A stretch of DNA of 49,516 nucleotides from Octopus bimaculoides (Eukaryota): positions 85,477,460 through 85,526,975 of the forward strand of contig NC_068985.1 of NCBI RefSeq assembly GCF_001194135.2. The letters run 5' to 3'. Positions 12,309 to 24,430 of this stretch are shown piece after piece (position 1 is the first letter of the stretch; every line of letters starts with the position of its first letter). The position numbers and the translations under genes were made by a program. Under the pieces are notes generated by a model that saw nothing but the letters and a program-made list of their open reading frames with translations, had not been told where the DNA came from and ran no database searches.

Positions 12309-12500
12309 CTCTTGCTGGATTTCCAACCATTGAATATCTTTCATAATTTGGTAAATTTCGGTCTATGCCTAAAGCATATTTATTTTTTGTCCATTGTAAA
12401 TTTCCTACTCTATTTCTAACTTGACATTTTAAAGTAGCTGTTGATCCTTCTATCACTGATTGGTTGACTGGAATTTGGACAAATTCTTGTGGTTGAATGG
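12309..12500 (-). CDS. KIRREL: Kirre/NEPH1 (KIRREL)-like Ig adhesion protein, exon for the N-terminal half of Ig1
   Basis: Acceptor TCTATTTCAG|CC and donor AGAG|GTAAAT; 192 nt, phase 1-1. Encodes IQPQEFVQIPVNQSVIEGSTATLKCQVRNRVGNLQWTKNKYALGIDRNLPNYERYSMVGNPAR, which matches the Kirre/NEPH/nephrin Ig1 pattern C-x-V...LQWTK...LG..R.L....RY.MVG. Family assignment is from recall of family sequences. Confidence 0.88.
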
Positions 12501-13119
12501 CTGAAATAGAAATATACATAGATATATATACGTGTGTGTGTTTGTGTGTGCAAGCATGTATACAATATATATAATTAAAACCTGAATTATGTTGCAATAT
12601 AAGAGTTGCGTTAGTAGTGAGCAGAGTGCAGTAATTTGCTTGTCCTATTGAAGGTAGACAGGAATACAATATCTGAACTGAAAGGTTTTGTACAATTGAC
12701 CATAGGATTGACTGCCCTTGTTAGTGAAGTCACAGATCAATACAGTTGACAAGAAAATCAATTGCATGGAATCTATAGATTCAGGTACATAATCCTGTTT
12801 AATTTACAAATGCAAACAAGTCTGTCTGTTCGTGTAAACACACACACACACACACGCACACCTGGATGTTCATTTGTAATATGTTTTTAAAACAAAAATA
12901 CCCTCTTTGTCACTCAAGTCCCAAGTTGAGCCAACCTTAATGGTAAATGTCTTATTGAAGCAATGAACAAACTCATCCCTTCTTTAGTGCTTTGTTCTTC
13001 TGATAAGGTGAGGGGCACATGTCTTACTGAAAGGGTTACTTCAGGATGGGGCAAAGCAAGTAACAAGTGAATAAAACTTGCAAAACAGTTTTAATTAAAA
13101 CTTCTCTTAATTACTTATA

Positions 13120-13420
13120 TAGGCATGGCTGTGTGGTAAGAAGCTTGCTTCCCAACCACATGGTTCTGGTTTCAGTCCCACTGTGTGGCACCTTGGGCAA
13201 GTGTCTTCTACTATAGCCTTAGGCCGACCAAAGCCTTGCGAGTAGATTTGGTAGATGGGAACTGAAAGAAGCCTGTTGTATGTATATGTATATGTTTGTG
13301 TGTTTGTGTCTGTGTTTGTCCCCCTCCACCAGCGCTTGACAACTGATGCTGGTGTGTTTATGTCCCTGTAATTTAGTAGTTTGGCAAAGCAGACTGATAT
13401 AATAAGTACTAGGCTTACAC
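13120..13420 (+). mobile_element. tRNA-derived SINE, family B (CORE-like central block)
   Basis: GGCATGGCTGTGTGGTAAG head, GGTTTCAGTCCC B-box-like motif, GCACCTTGGGCAAGTGTCTTCTAC resembling the CORE/MIR block, and an internal (TG)n-like tract. Confidence 0.75.
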
Positions 13421-15740
13421 ATGGGTATAAAAGAAAGAGGTGGATTCTACTTGGCAGTATATTTTTATGAGTGTGGATGGATATTGGTCATGTGATGTCA
13501 CCGATCACATGCATATTTTGAGATACTCGTAAATTCTTTGCTATGGAATACCGTTGCTGATGAGACCAAACAATAATCTCCTTCATTGGCCCATGTTCTA
13601 CAATTGATTAGATTGATCTCAGTTATTAGGGAAGAGTCAAGGTTGAATGCAGCATTAATTAAACTGCCAATTAAATGTTATTGAAATAAATCAAACCGTT
13701 TAATCTATCTTGCTTATAATTTCAGCCCCAGATTTTTAAAATGATCCAATTAGAGGAAAATTATTAATTGAAAAAAATTAATTTTTTTGGTTAAAGCTAA
13801 AAATTAATAAGTGAAATGTTATGTTTATTGATAGATGCTTATTTTATCGACAGGATAGAGAAGAGAGGCCATATTGACATGAGCAGTGGATTTGTGAAAC
13901 AAGTAGAGTAAGAGACAGGATGTCCTCAGTTCAAATTCTGCTGATATCAGCTTTGGATGTTGCACTTTTAAGGGTCAATTTAATAAGAAAGTGTCACTAA
14001 TTCAAATTGCTATAATATAAATATCATGGATGGGAAATTGAAATATATTTCAGGGCTAGAAGACATATAGAAATTAGAGGGAGAACAGAGAAACGGGAAA
14101 CTATATATTATAAAGCCTTAAAATATGGTACTTCATTATTTCTGCAAACTTATGAGCCAAAGAGGAGGTTAGGGCAAACTATAAGGCCAATTTACCTGCT
14201 AAGAACAGCAGTCAAGCCTCCTTCATCTTTTTGTAAGCATATTTTTAATGAAAAATCCATGTTTTCAATTAATTTTCAAAACAATCAAGAATTGGAAGAG
14301 ATTTAGTAAAATGACTGTTTCGTTTATTGTTATAATGAGCTGCTGGTTTGCTTTTTAGAAATGAACACTTTAACATAATTCGTTTTCAACCCATGGCAGC
14401 TTCAGGTAGGTTGGTATCATTAGGAGGAATCAAACTCCAGCAAGGAAACCTCTACGTGGTTGTTTAATATGCAAGAAATAGCTATGAAATCTCTCTCATA
14501 TCACACCTCACAATTAAAAAGGGAATGATTTTTTTTGACCAAGGTCAGCTTTTAGCTAAACAACAATAACTGTCCTAACGATGATTTGAACATTTTGATT
14601 AAGTGACCTTCACTTTCTAGCTTTTATTCACCAAATCTCTGTTTTCTTTTTTTCTCCTTTCTCAAACCTCAAAAGATTTTCATGTAGTCTTTTATTCTTT
14701 TGGGGCACAACTGGATACCCCTCCTGCCTTACTGCTAACCATTCCACTGGGAAATAGAAGTAGACTCTGCTTATGTTCAGACTTGCAAACTTCGGAACAC
14801 AACATTGAGACATTTCTAAGAAATTAATTTAGGATCAGCAAACTTGCATTCTAACATCTCAACTGTTGTGCTTATGTTGAAATAATTTGTTGCTTCACTT
14901 TTGACTTCATTTCAAATACGACATTAACAACATCAATACTAATTTTAATCAATTAAAATTTAGGTGTTATCATCCCTTTATCATAGCTATATACAACAAC
15001 TAATTGATACTATTTACTGTGAGCCTGTGTTTTTCTCCTTGCACTTCAAATGTTAACTGAGGTATTATTGTTTGCTGCATTCTTTTAAAACTCACTGAGC
15101 TAACAACACCAGTCTTATGTTCATCCCTTATGTTCATCCTTTACATGTTTAATATTTGAGGGGATTACTCTGAACTATGAGCAATGCCATTTTCAGGATA
15201 TGAATAAATTTAAATAAAATTAGGATGTTCAGGATAAGTGATGTAAATTTATGTGCTAGTTTGATTGCCCCTATATTTTTAGTTAATTCAATGCAATCAT
15301 TATCACATAATGTAGTAACTCAATATAGCACCCCCACCAGTTGTCTTTAGAATAAGGATTGCTCAAATCATAAAACATGCTTTGAGATACTTATCAATGA
15401 AAATGGAGTATCTGTAGCTAAAACTGTTGATAAAATGTTTTGAATTTGTCACTAACTGAGCAGACCAATGATTCAAAGCCATTTCGGCTATTTTCTCTCT
15501 TTCCAGACATAATGTCTCAAAATTTGTACCATCCAATATATTATTCCTTCCTTTAAAACTCCAGGCTGTGTTTTGAAGGAGGCTTTTTGTTGCTAGTTCT
15601 ATCAAGTTGAGTGACCAAGTAGAAACTCCTCCATTGACTAAATGACTTCAAATGGTTGCCTGTGTGTTAATAGTTTCCTTGAGAAGAGCTCATGTATATA
15701 TATATTAAATATATACATGCAAAAGAAGCAGAAGAATCAG

Positions 15741-15940
15741 GCACAAGGCCCGAAATTTTTGGGAAGGGGGCCAGTTGATTAGATCGACCCCAGTACGTAA
15801 CTGGTATTTATTTTATTGACCCCCGAAAGGATGAAACGCAAAGTCAATCTTGGCAGAATTTGAACTCAGAATGTAAAGAGAGACAAAATACCACTAAGCA
15901 TTTCACCCTTGCTGTTAATGTTTCTGCCAACTCTCCACCT
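15741..15940 (-). mobile_element. SINE family A copy, inverted
   Basis: Close reverse complement of 26992-27200 (GGCACAAGGCCCGAAATTTT...GAATTTGAACTCAGAATGTAAAG). Confidence 0.8.
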
Positions 15941-16171
15941 GTAGATATTCTATTCATGTTAGTCATGTTGGAACTGAATGAGTCTCTCATCTTAAATGAA
16001 CGAACCTATGGCATAAAAATATTGGTTCTTTAAAATATTCTGATCTTTCAACTGAGCTATTCAACTTTATTGGTATTGAGATGTGTTATCCTGATATTTA
16101 AGACTTTTACCTATTTATAACGTGTTGAGAAATAGTTGATTTAAATGTAAGTCAAGTAAAAGAGTTAAGTT

Positions 16172-17206
16172 TGTAAGGGACGACCGTGCGAACTCAAGAA
16201 GGAGAAATGGTGACGAATGGAAAAAACAGAGGACTCCTTTTATTTAAACGTGTCACACGGTCGAACACAAAATTATATATCAGATGATGATATACAAATA
16301 TGTTATACGACGATAACATAGATGACCAGTAATGAAAAACCACAACCGTATAAGATGAATAACAGAAATATTTATTGTAGCGTTAAAGATGTATGTCTGT
16401 GTGAGAGTGTGAATGCGACATATAAGAACATAATCAAAGACAAGCCGTCATACAAAGAAAAGTGTGTATGTGAGTGATACATGNNNNNNNNNNNNNNNNN
16501 NNNNNNNNNNNNNNNNNNNNNNNNNNNNNNNNNNNNNNNNNNNNNNNNNNNNNNNNNNNNNNNNNNNNNNNNNNNNNNNNNNNNNNNNNNNNNNNNNNNN
16601 NNNNNNNNNNNNNNNNNNNNNNNNNNNNNNNNNNNNNNNNNNNNNNNNNNNNNNNNNNNNNNNNNNNNNNNNNNNNNNNNNNNNNNNNNNNNNNNNNNNN
16701 NNNNNNNNNNNNNNNNNNNNNNNNNNNNNNNNNNNNNNNNNNNNNNNNNNNNNNNNNNNNNNNNNNNNNNNNNNNNNNNNNNNNNNNNNNNNNNNNNNNN
16801 NNNNNNNNNNNNNNNNNNNNNNNNNNNNNNNNNNNNNNNNNNNNNNNNNNNNNNNNNGTGGTCGCTGGAACTGCTGCTGCTGTCGTGTGGTACACGGAAC
16901 AGTCTCTAAGAGAAACTGGACCGAGACAAATTTGTGGGGTATGAGTTGATCTATTTATAGCGTTAAGGGGGCTCACCAGATATCAGAAATATACTCTATC
17001 ACGTGACCTTATTAAGGGCTGTGATTGGTCAGTTTGCGTTCTGGCGGGAACGGTTCGAAGAAGTTGCCGATTCGAATAATGATCAGTCACGTGATGACAA
17101 GGAATGGGTTCTCTACTACGCACGCATTTATTTATATTTAAATGAGAAGATTGTATGTAATGGCGATAGTAGTTTGTATCTAATGGCAGGAGGTAGTTTC
17201 ACTACA
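16172..17206 (-). mobile_element. Solo LTR (or gap-collapsed LTR element) with 4-bp target-site duplication, possibly Gypsy-type
   Basis: Termini TGTAAG...ACTACA. AGTT flanks both sides (16168-16171 and 17207-17210). CpG-rich relative to its flanks. On the minus strand: CACGTG at 17088-17093 and 17000-17005, CCAAT at 17028-17024, TATAAATA at 16959-16952, AATAAA at 16243-16238. Contains the N gap 16484-16857. Confidence 0.75.
16484..16857. other. Assembly gap (N run)
   Basis: Ns; other gaps at 32651-32911, 36311-36374 and 40920-40946. Confidence 0.99.
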
Positions 17207-18424
17207 AGTTCACATATAATCATAAACATTCTAGCCATGACCATCTAGTTTTTTTTTGTCTATAAGCACACTGCACTCAATACAATCTTATTCAAAGTAT
17301 CCTTGTTGTTATTTTTGCCAGATTATTTACAATACAGCATACTTGTAATTAAGGACATTTCAAACATGACCATCCCTTTGTATACTTGGGAATACACTGT
17401 TTAATGTGTCCTTCTTTTTTAAGAGAGTTGAGTATATTTGAGAGAGATTTGATTACTATCTTTCATTCTACATCTTAATCTTCTTGTGCTCACTTTATCT
17501 CTCAGCTTATCTCTTCCCTGACATTCATAGACCTTAACATCTGCTTGAGCACTCTCTCTGTATTTCTCTCCAGTTTTTGCATCATATCCTTTGCATTCAA
17601 TGCCCGCTTCTCACTATCAGCTGGTATTGCACTTTATGTAGCAGCAGTGTACACTCCATCTTTTGTGTGTGCATGTGTGTGTGCACGTGTGTGTGTGTGT
17701 GTCTGTGTGTGTGTGTGTGTGTGCATGTGTGTGTAAATTCATTTGTTTCTGTCTCTTTTTCCATGCAAGTATAAGCTAGACAAATGCATAGAGATTGTCT
17801 TTAGAGCTGGATGGTCTTCCTGCTGCTAACACCTGTATTTGAAGGTGCTGAGCTATGGAACAATCAGTTGGCAGCGGATGCCAACACCAGCATCAGTAGC
17901 ATCACTAGTGGGGTGTCAAGATGCAATAAATTTTTATTATTTTTCACAGCCAAGTAAGCGTCAGGTTTGTGGTTCAGTTCTTATTGGAAATTAAGGTATT
18001 TAATTGAAAATTGTTTTATTTCTTCTGTTTTCTTTATTAGACACTCCCACACATGAAAAATATTAAAAAATTGCTCATCAATAGTGGTTTATTTGAAATT
18101 TCTCACTCATTTGTAAGCAATAATTGCAGAACATAAACTCAAGCATTTTGTTTTCCATTTACCCCTTTGCATTTACACAGGTGGGATGGTTTCATTCTTC
18201 ATGCAACTATTTTTTTTTTATATCTAAATGAACTTTCCACAAGAAACCACTCACTCACAAAGTTGGAGCTGAAACTTTTTTTTTGCTTGTTTTTTATTGA
18301 TTTAGGCAAACTGAAGTTGTTGAATTCCTGTATCTTGCTCAGGGACACAAGGACTGTTAAAAAATCAAAAGACTTCCACTTGTTTCAGCCCAATATCTTC
18401 CCATTTTTTGATTTTGATGCAAAG

Positions 18425-18600
18425 CCAGTAATTTTGGGGAGAGTGGGTAAGTGGATTACATTGATACCAGTGCTAAACTGGGACTTAATTTATCAATCCC
18501 AAAAACATCAGAAGCAAAGTGAATCATGGCAGAATTTGAAACCAGAACATAAAAATGGATCGAATGCTTCTAAGCATTCTGACCGGTGAGGTTGCTGCCT
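18425..18600 (-). mobile_element. SINE family A copy, inverted and diverged
   Basis: GATTACATTGATACCAGTGC...CTTAATTTATCAATCCC...GGCAGAATTTGAAACCAGAAC is the reverse complement of the family A body. Confidence 0.6.
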
Positions 18601-19304
18601 TCATATCCATTTACATATTAGCATCACAAACACTACACTCACTGTCACTTTTTGTAATTAATTCTAATATACTTACAGATAGTAATTAATTATCAATTAA
18701 CTCTGTATCTGTCTGCCTGTCACCTTTCAACTTGCTCTGCTAAATTCCAATTTCTCCATCAAATTAACTTGGCTTACCACTTCTCTCACTGCCCTTACCT
18801 TCAGCAAGAGTCTCAACCTCTTTATTACTGACTTTCTAGAAAAGCTGCTGAATCTTCAAATCCTGCCCTTACTGTCTTAGATATACATTAAAGATGGATG
18901 GTCACGGCTGGAACTCCTATGGTCTTATGTTCTCAATAAGGGCTAACTGAGGTTAACTAACACAACTCTTACCTTCAATATACTGCCTTTACTATAACCA
19001 TAACCACAACAATAATAATGTTGATTGGTAGTGTTATTGTTGTTGTTATTGCTTAGCCCTTGGTCAGTCCTGATCAAACAGGCTTATGATCAGATATGCT
19101 CTAGTCATGACCATCATGTCTTCTTTTCAAAATATAATATTTTGAACTACATTGTCCAATATGTTGTTCTTTCGTGCAGTTTAAGACTTGGCTGCTATTT
19201 CTAAAAGGTTTAACAATGAATAGAAACTTGTTCATTGGCTGAAAATATGGGGTTGGTTATTCAACGTCTTAATATGTTTAAAAAAGTATTTGAATCTAAC
19301 TTAC

Positions 19305-19322
19305 CTTTGGTTGTAATGAAAC
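19305..19322 (-). CDS. Candidate 18-nt microexon of the KIRREL-like gene (x-FITTK-A)
   Basis: Minus strand reads TTGGTTTACTGTCTGCAG|GTTTCATTACAACCAAAG|GTAAGT. Both splice sites are strong, the length is divisible by 3, and the phase 1-1 frame is open and joins the Ig1 exon. No transcript evidence. Confidence 0.5.
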
Positions 19323-19894
19323 CTGCAGACAGTAAACCAAGATATAAATGAATCCATAACATTTTCTCCATGAAGTAAAAATTTTGTAAATATCCAAAAA
19401 TACAACTCATTTCTGAAACAAACAAAAAAAGTTATTCTTCAGAAGAGAAAAACTTGGAAAATTAAGTAAGAAGACAGCCAATAAGGATTATATGAGACAT
19501 GGTTAGTGCTAGTTGAAAATTATTATGGTTGGAAACTATATTAAGATATATTTCTTCAACTTATAATTACAGTTAATTATTGAATAATTTCCCTTGCTTG
19601 CAAACTTTATGCACTTCTGTAAGAATAGTAATTCTTGAAAGATATGAACAACTGAAAGTGTGACAAACATTTTTGGCAATAAAGGAAACATTAATTCAAT
19701 TCAATTGCAATTTCCTTTCATTTTTAATTTCTATGAAGACAAAGTGAATGTGTTAATTGTTTGCTGATACATCTCACGTCTCTGATGAATATTCAACTGT
19801 TAGTCTGGAGGTGGAATTCTTATTTTGCTGAGCAAGAAGTTGATATTACCCTCACCTCTTCCTCCTTCTCCTGGATTTCTGTGTCGTCGTTGTT

Positions 19895-20135
19895 GTCATC
19901 GTCATCATCATCATCATTCAACCTCCATTTTCCATGCTAGCATCGGTTGGATGGTCTAACAAGAGCTGGCAAGTCAGAGAACTTACAGCAGGCTCAGTTG
20001 TCTGTTCTGGCATGGTTCTTACAGCCATTTCTAATACCAACCACTTTACAAAGTGTACTGGGTGTTTTTTATGTGGCACCAGCACAGGGGCTTTTCATGT
20101 GGCACCAGTATGGATGCTTTTTACATGGTGCCACC
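19895..20135 (-). mobile_element. Family C copy, inverted
   Basis: (CAT)n...TTTTCCATGCTAGCATCGGTTGGATGG...CCAACCACTTTACAAAGTGTACTGGGTG. Confidence 0.7.
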
Positions 20136-20741
20136 ACAGCTGTGTGGTTATGAAATTTGACTTGTGATCACAGGTTTGTGGGTTCCATTGCCTGGCACCT
20201 TACACTAGTGGCTTTCATGCACACATGCACATGTGCATGTGTGTGTGTGTGTGTGTGTTTGCTGATATAAAAACTATGTGGGCTCAAAAAAGGTAATTTA
20301 ACCATTTGATAAATAAAGATCAATAAAATAAAAACCAAACTAAAAGTAAGAGCTGGGGTTTATGTGATCCTTTAGAAACTCTTGAAGCTAGTACTCCAGC
20401 ATGGCCAGTGTCTAATGACTGAAACCAGTAAAAAATTCACCTTCTTACCTCTGCCGTTATCATAGTCTTCACTTCTACCACCATCACTACTATTCATACC
20501 ATCAATTTTAACCACCACCACCATCACTACTATTACTTTCATCACTCTCAGCAAAATGGCAGGATTTTCAAAAAGGCAACATGCTAGAAATAGCAGCTAT
20601 GTCTCCTTCAAGTTACATCGTAACTTCTTTAAAAAAAAGTGTTTGCTTGAAAACAATGTTAGGATGGTCATGAATGGAATGCTTTTGCTCTTAAGTTTAC
20701 TTTTGATCAAGTTAGACTTAGGACTAAAAAACTGTGATGCT

Positions 20742-20744
20742 ACC

Positions 20745-20809
<65 letters not shown>

Positions 20810-20822
20810 CCAGAGCCACCAC

Positions 20823-20858
<36 letters not shown>
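20742..20858. repeat. Compound trinucleotide microsatellite (ACC)n(AAC)n...(ATC)n
   Basis: Directly visible; similar (ACC)n(AAC)n tracts at about 32358-32398 and 33031-33085. Confidence 0.95.
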
Positions 20859-22194
20859 TACTCGAAGGGAAAGTGCCAATGTAAGATGTATGACGGTTTC
20901 CATTACTTTCCTCCCTTGTCTTAATAAATGAGGACTCACTCCTGCCAAGTTCTAATCTAACTCAGTCAAAGTTTCCATTGACCTTATCACTGCTACAACT
21001 GATATCAGTCACTGCCAGTTTGTGATAGATGGCAGCATCCAAGTGGAAGAAATAATTTTTATGATTAGATAACCAGATTATATGGAGTCCATTTAGTTAG
21101 GTCATTGCAAAGAAGTTATCAGTATTAATGGCTTGCCTAAATATGCTGGCATCAGATGTAAAAGGTCAGAAATGAAAACAGGAACAGCTCGATAGGTGAG
21201 TTAGTTAAACAGTAATGCTTACTTGTGAAAAGTGGGATTATCAGGGATTAAGTGGATCATGAAGTGTCAATCAATCTATATTGAATACGAAAAAGCTCTT
21301 TTGAATTTCTCTGTGATGTTAGGTGAAAATCTGGATAAACTTTTCCTCAACAGAAAGAACTGTTTGTTGTCCAAAATGTCTGGATGGTCAAGTAAGAGAA
21401 ACTATTGAATGCTTCAAACAAACAATAATTCATTGTTTGATAATAATTTCATTTAAGTTTATGTTATTCAATGCTGTATTACTATTGAAAGTTGTCATAA
21501 AAAGATACCCGAGATTGTGCAAGTAACAATACTTTGGATATTGTAAAATAGATGACCCACAAAATACAATAATAGGTTAGTTTTATAGAGCATGCAGCTT
21601 CATTTCAGCTTCAGTGACATATTGAGAGGTATGAGAGTTTTGTGGGGTCTCTATGCAAGGTATAAACTTTGAAAATTGTTGAAATACTGATATATTTTAT
21701 CTGGAATCATTTTTACTTTAAAGATAGCTCAAAAGAGCCTTCATTACTAATTCTTTGACTTGTTTATTCAATTTACATTATTCATTCTTCTGATATTCCT
21801 ATTTGACTTCTCTTATCTTTTTCGAACAACTGACTGGCTATAACTGTAACATTTTAGTAGATTTTTGTTTGGATTTCCAACCAGACCAAAGTAAACATTA
21901 TTCTTTATATTATTGCCTATATAAACTCTATGGTATTATGATGACTGTCAGTTTATATCTGACTTATTTTTGCTACTTTTTCTTTCATTTATTTTTTAAT
22001 ATTTTGTTTGGAGAAACAAATAAATTTATCAGAAAGACTTGCATTATACATTTTTAGTTTTCTAAACTCTTTCCCAAAGAGTAAATTCCAGAAGCAAAGC
22101 CAACACTTCAGAAGAGAAAGAAGAGGTGGTGGTGATGGTGGGTTTGCAGTTCTTCACATGTTATTCTTTGTTAATATTAAGAGGAGGATTGAAA

Positions 22195-22405
22195 GCAGAA
22201 AGCTGGCAGAATTGTTAGCACACCAGGCAAAATGCTTAGCACCATTTCATCCATCTTTACGTTTTGAGATCAAATCTTGCTGAAGTCAACTTTACCTTTC
22301 ATCCTTTCAGGGTCGATAAAATAAGTACCAGTGAGACACTGGGGGTGATGTAATCAACTGATGCCTTCCTCTGAAATTGCTGCCCTTCTACCAAAATTAG
22401 AAACC
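22195..22405 (+). mobile_element. SINE family A copy
   Basis: GCTGGCAGAATTGTTAGC...CTTTCATCCTTTCAGGGTCGATAAAATAAGTACCAG. Confidence 0.78.
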
Positions 22406-23049
22406 AAAGTGAAGATGCAAAGATGGCTGCTAAGTGGGAAGAGCACTAACTGATAATCAGTCATAAAATTGGTGGTTCAGATCCTGCCTAGATGGAAATT
22501 TAGCTTGTAATCCTCCTTGGTGAAATATTTACACTCTGTAGAATTTAACGACATATTGAATATATTGCTGTGAGCATTGCAATCCAATTTGAAGGATGGA
22601 AATGAATGACACTAATTAAACTTCAAAACTTTTTTAAGAAATTCATTAATCAAGACTAGGCTGTATCTTTGATAAACTTTTAAGAGTGTGTGTGTGTGTG
22701 TGTGTGGGGGGGGTACTGATGTATTTTGATGCCTAATTTGATCTTCTGTATATTAACATGTGCAGAAATTACAAACTTGGGAGCAGAATTGCTGCTTTGG
22801 AAAGGAATGAACATAGGTGGAGCTAGTGGACTGAGTGCTTATTCAGAAAAATAAAGACCAATGTAATAGTTATAGAAGTGGTATGGAGAAGAAATGTATG
22901 TGTAAGTCAGTAGTTTTACTTTATGTTGGTGATTTTTAATAAATTAATTGGCTTCATTTTGGATGTCTTCTAAAATGTTGGTATATATATTGAACCATCT
23001 CAGATATAGAACCCATGTGAGATCAGTATAAAAGAGAACTGACATTTTT

Positions 23050-24430
23050 TCTGGCTCTAAAGGAAACGTCTAATTTTTGGTTTGCAATTTTGGCGAGTGT
23101 GTTTATTATGTCTGTGATTGGCCAAGTATTTTTAGTGAGTTTGAGATGTTTAACTGTTCCCTGTCAGTGAACAGGGAAAGTGTTGTGCAAGGTTGTTTCC
23201 TTAACATGTTAAGCAATTGTGTCTTTGTGTTATTGGAAAAGGTTAGGTTATCACATCTCATTTGAGGAATGTTTCTATGGAGGCAGGTTGGGTCTGCAAT
23301 GAGGTTTGTGATGGTCTGTAGGAGGTTAAAGAACACTGAAGTGTAGTGCCATCTACATAGAATAGTAAAACTAGAAGTAACTAAGCCAAAAGGAAATACG
23401 GAAGAGAGACAACTGAATTTTGTTTTGTGAAATGTCTCAAGGATGAGAGATGTGATGTTGGAGTGCAAAACGCCAGTGATCAAAAATATTGGTGTGAAGA
23501 TAATAGAGGCTGAGATGTTACCCATCTCATGAATAGGATTGCATATTTCCATAGATTTAGTTGGAGTTAGTAGAAAAAGATTAAAGTTTGGCATGGGTAG
23601 GTACTACTTCTGTAGTCCATGATTTGAGAGTAATGGATCCTTTTTGCAGTGTTTGCAGAAGTTATTTCAGTTTGGTGAATCGGTTTGTGAAGAGATTGAT
23701 AGAAGGAAAGTTTTGTGGTTGGTTGTTTTGTGATGCCTGTGGAGTTGGAAATAAAATGGACAGTATATACAGAAGTTCTACTTATAAACCTATCTTGGTT
23801 GGGGAACGATCAGTAGGATCCTGCAAAAATTGAGAAGAATTTCTTGGCAGACAGTTTGCCAGCAATTTGCAATGTGAGCCAACCAGTTATGTGATACAGG
23901 AAGAATTTTTTTCTTTTTTTTTTTTGGCTTCTAATGATTAACTTCTGTGTTGCAGTTGTGCATAAAGAGAGTGCAGTTAGTGCAATGGTGAGTGACTGTT
24001 TTCAGATATTGTAGATAGTATTCCTTGTCTATATCCTTGCAGTAGATCAGACGTAGGAACTATGGTTTTTGGTTGTATCAATAAATTGATGGATCACTGG
24101 CTTATCTGTCTTTGACGAGTCAGATGTGAAGTTTCTTTGATGCTATGAAGAGTCAGCTTAGAATGTATTAAGTTTTTAGCTGAATTGAAGTATCATAATG
24201 TTAGGGGAGAGACTGGAATCAAATAACTTTTCTGTTTTTGTCTTATTCAAATTGAACTGAATTCTGATTTAAAAGCCATAAATTTAATTAAGAAATTAAT
24301 TGGAAAGACAGTTACAGATGGCCATGTACAGAGAATGCCAAGTTGTTCGCTAGAGGGTTTAAGGTTTGTCTTGTACCATTTGTTCATTTGTACTGTGCCT
24401 TTAGACAGATGGACGTTTCATTCTTAAATA
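23050..24430 (-). mobile_element. Unassigned degenerate coding-like relic, probably retroelement-derived
   Basis: 162-aa ORF (23106-23594) within about 1.3 kb of A/C-rich minus-strand sequence that lacks microsatellites. I recognise no diagnostic motif. Confidence 0.3.

Noticed and set aside
13120-13200. tRNA-like heads with A/B boxes (also 22430-22500, 31455-31490 and all family A copies)
   Set aside because: No complete cloverleaf; they continue into SINE bodies, so they are not tRNA genes.
16434-16976. Long ORFs full of X (also 32406-32993)
   Set aside because: Artefacts of translating through N gaps.
20372-20554. ORF MLRVMKVIVVMVVVVKIDG... ending at AGAG|GTAAGA (phase 1), a possible signal-peptide exon
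   Set aside because: The hydrophobic stretch comes from low-complexity CAT/ACC repeats next to a SINE tail, and the acidic linker is unlike a signal-peptide junction. RNA-seq would be needed to exclude it fully.
20556-20948. Poly-N/H/T/L/V ORFs on both strands
   Set aside because: Translations of the (ACC)(AAC)(ATC) microsatellite; no splice or domain support.
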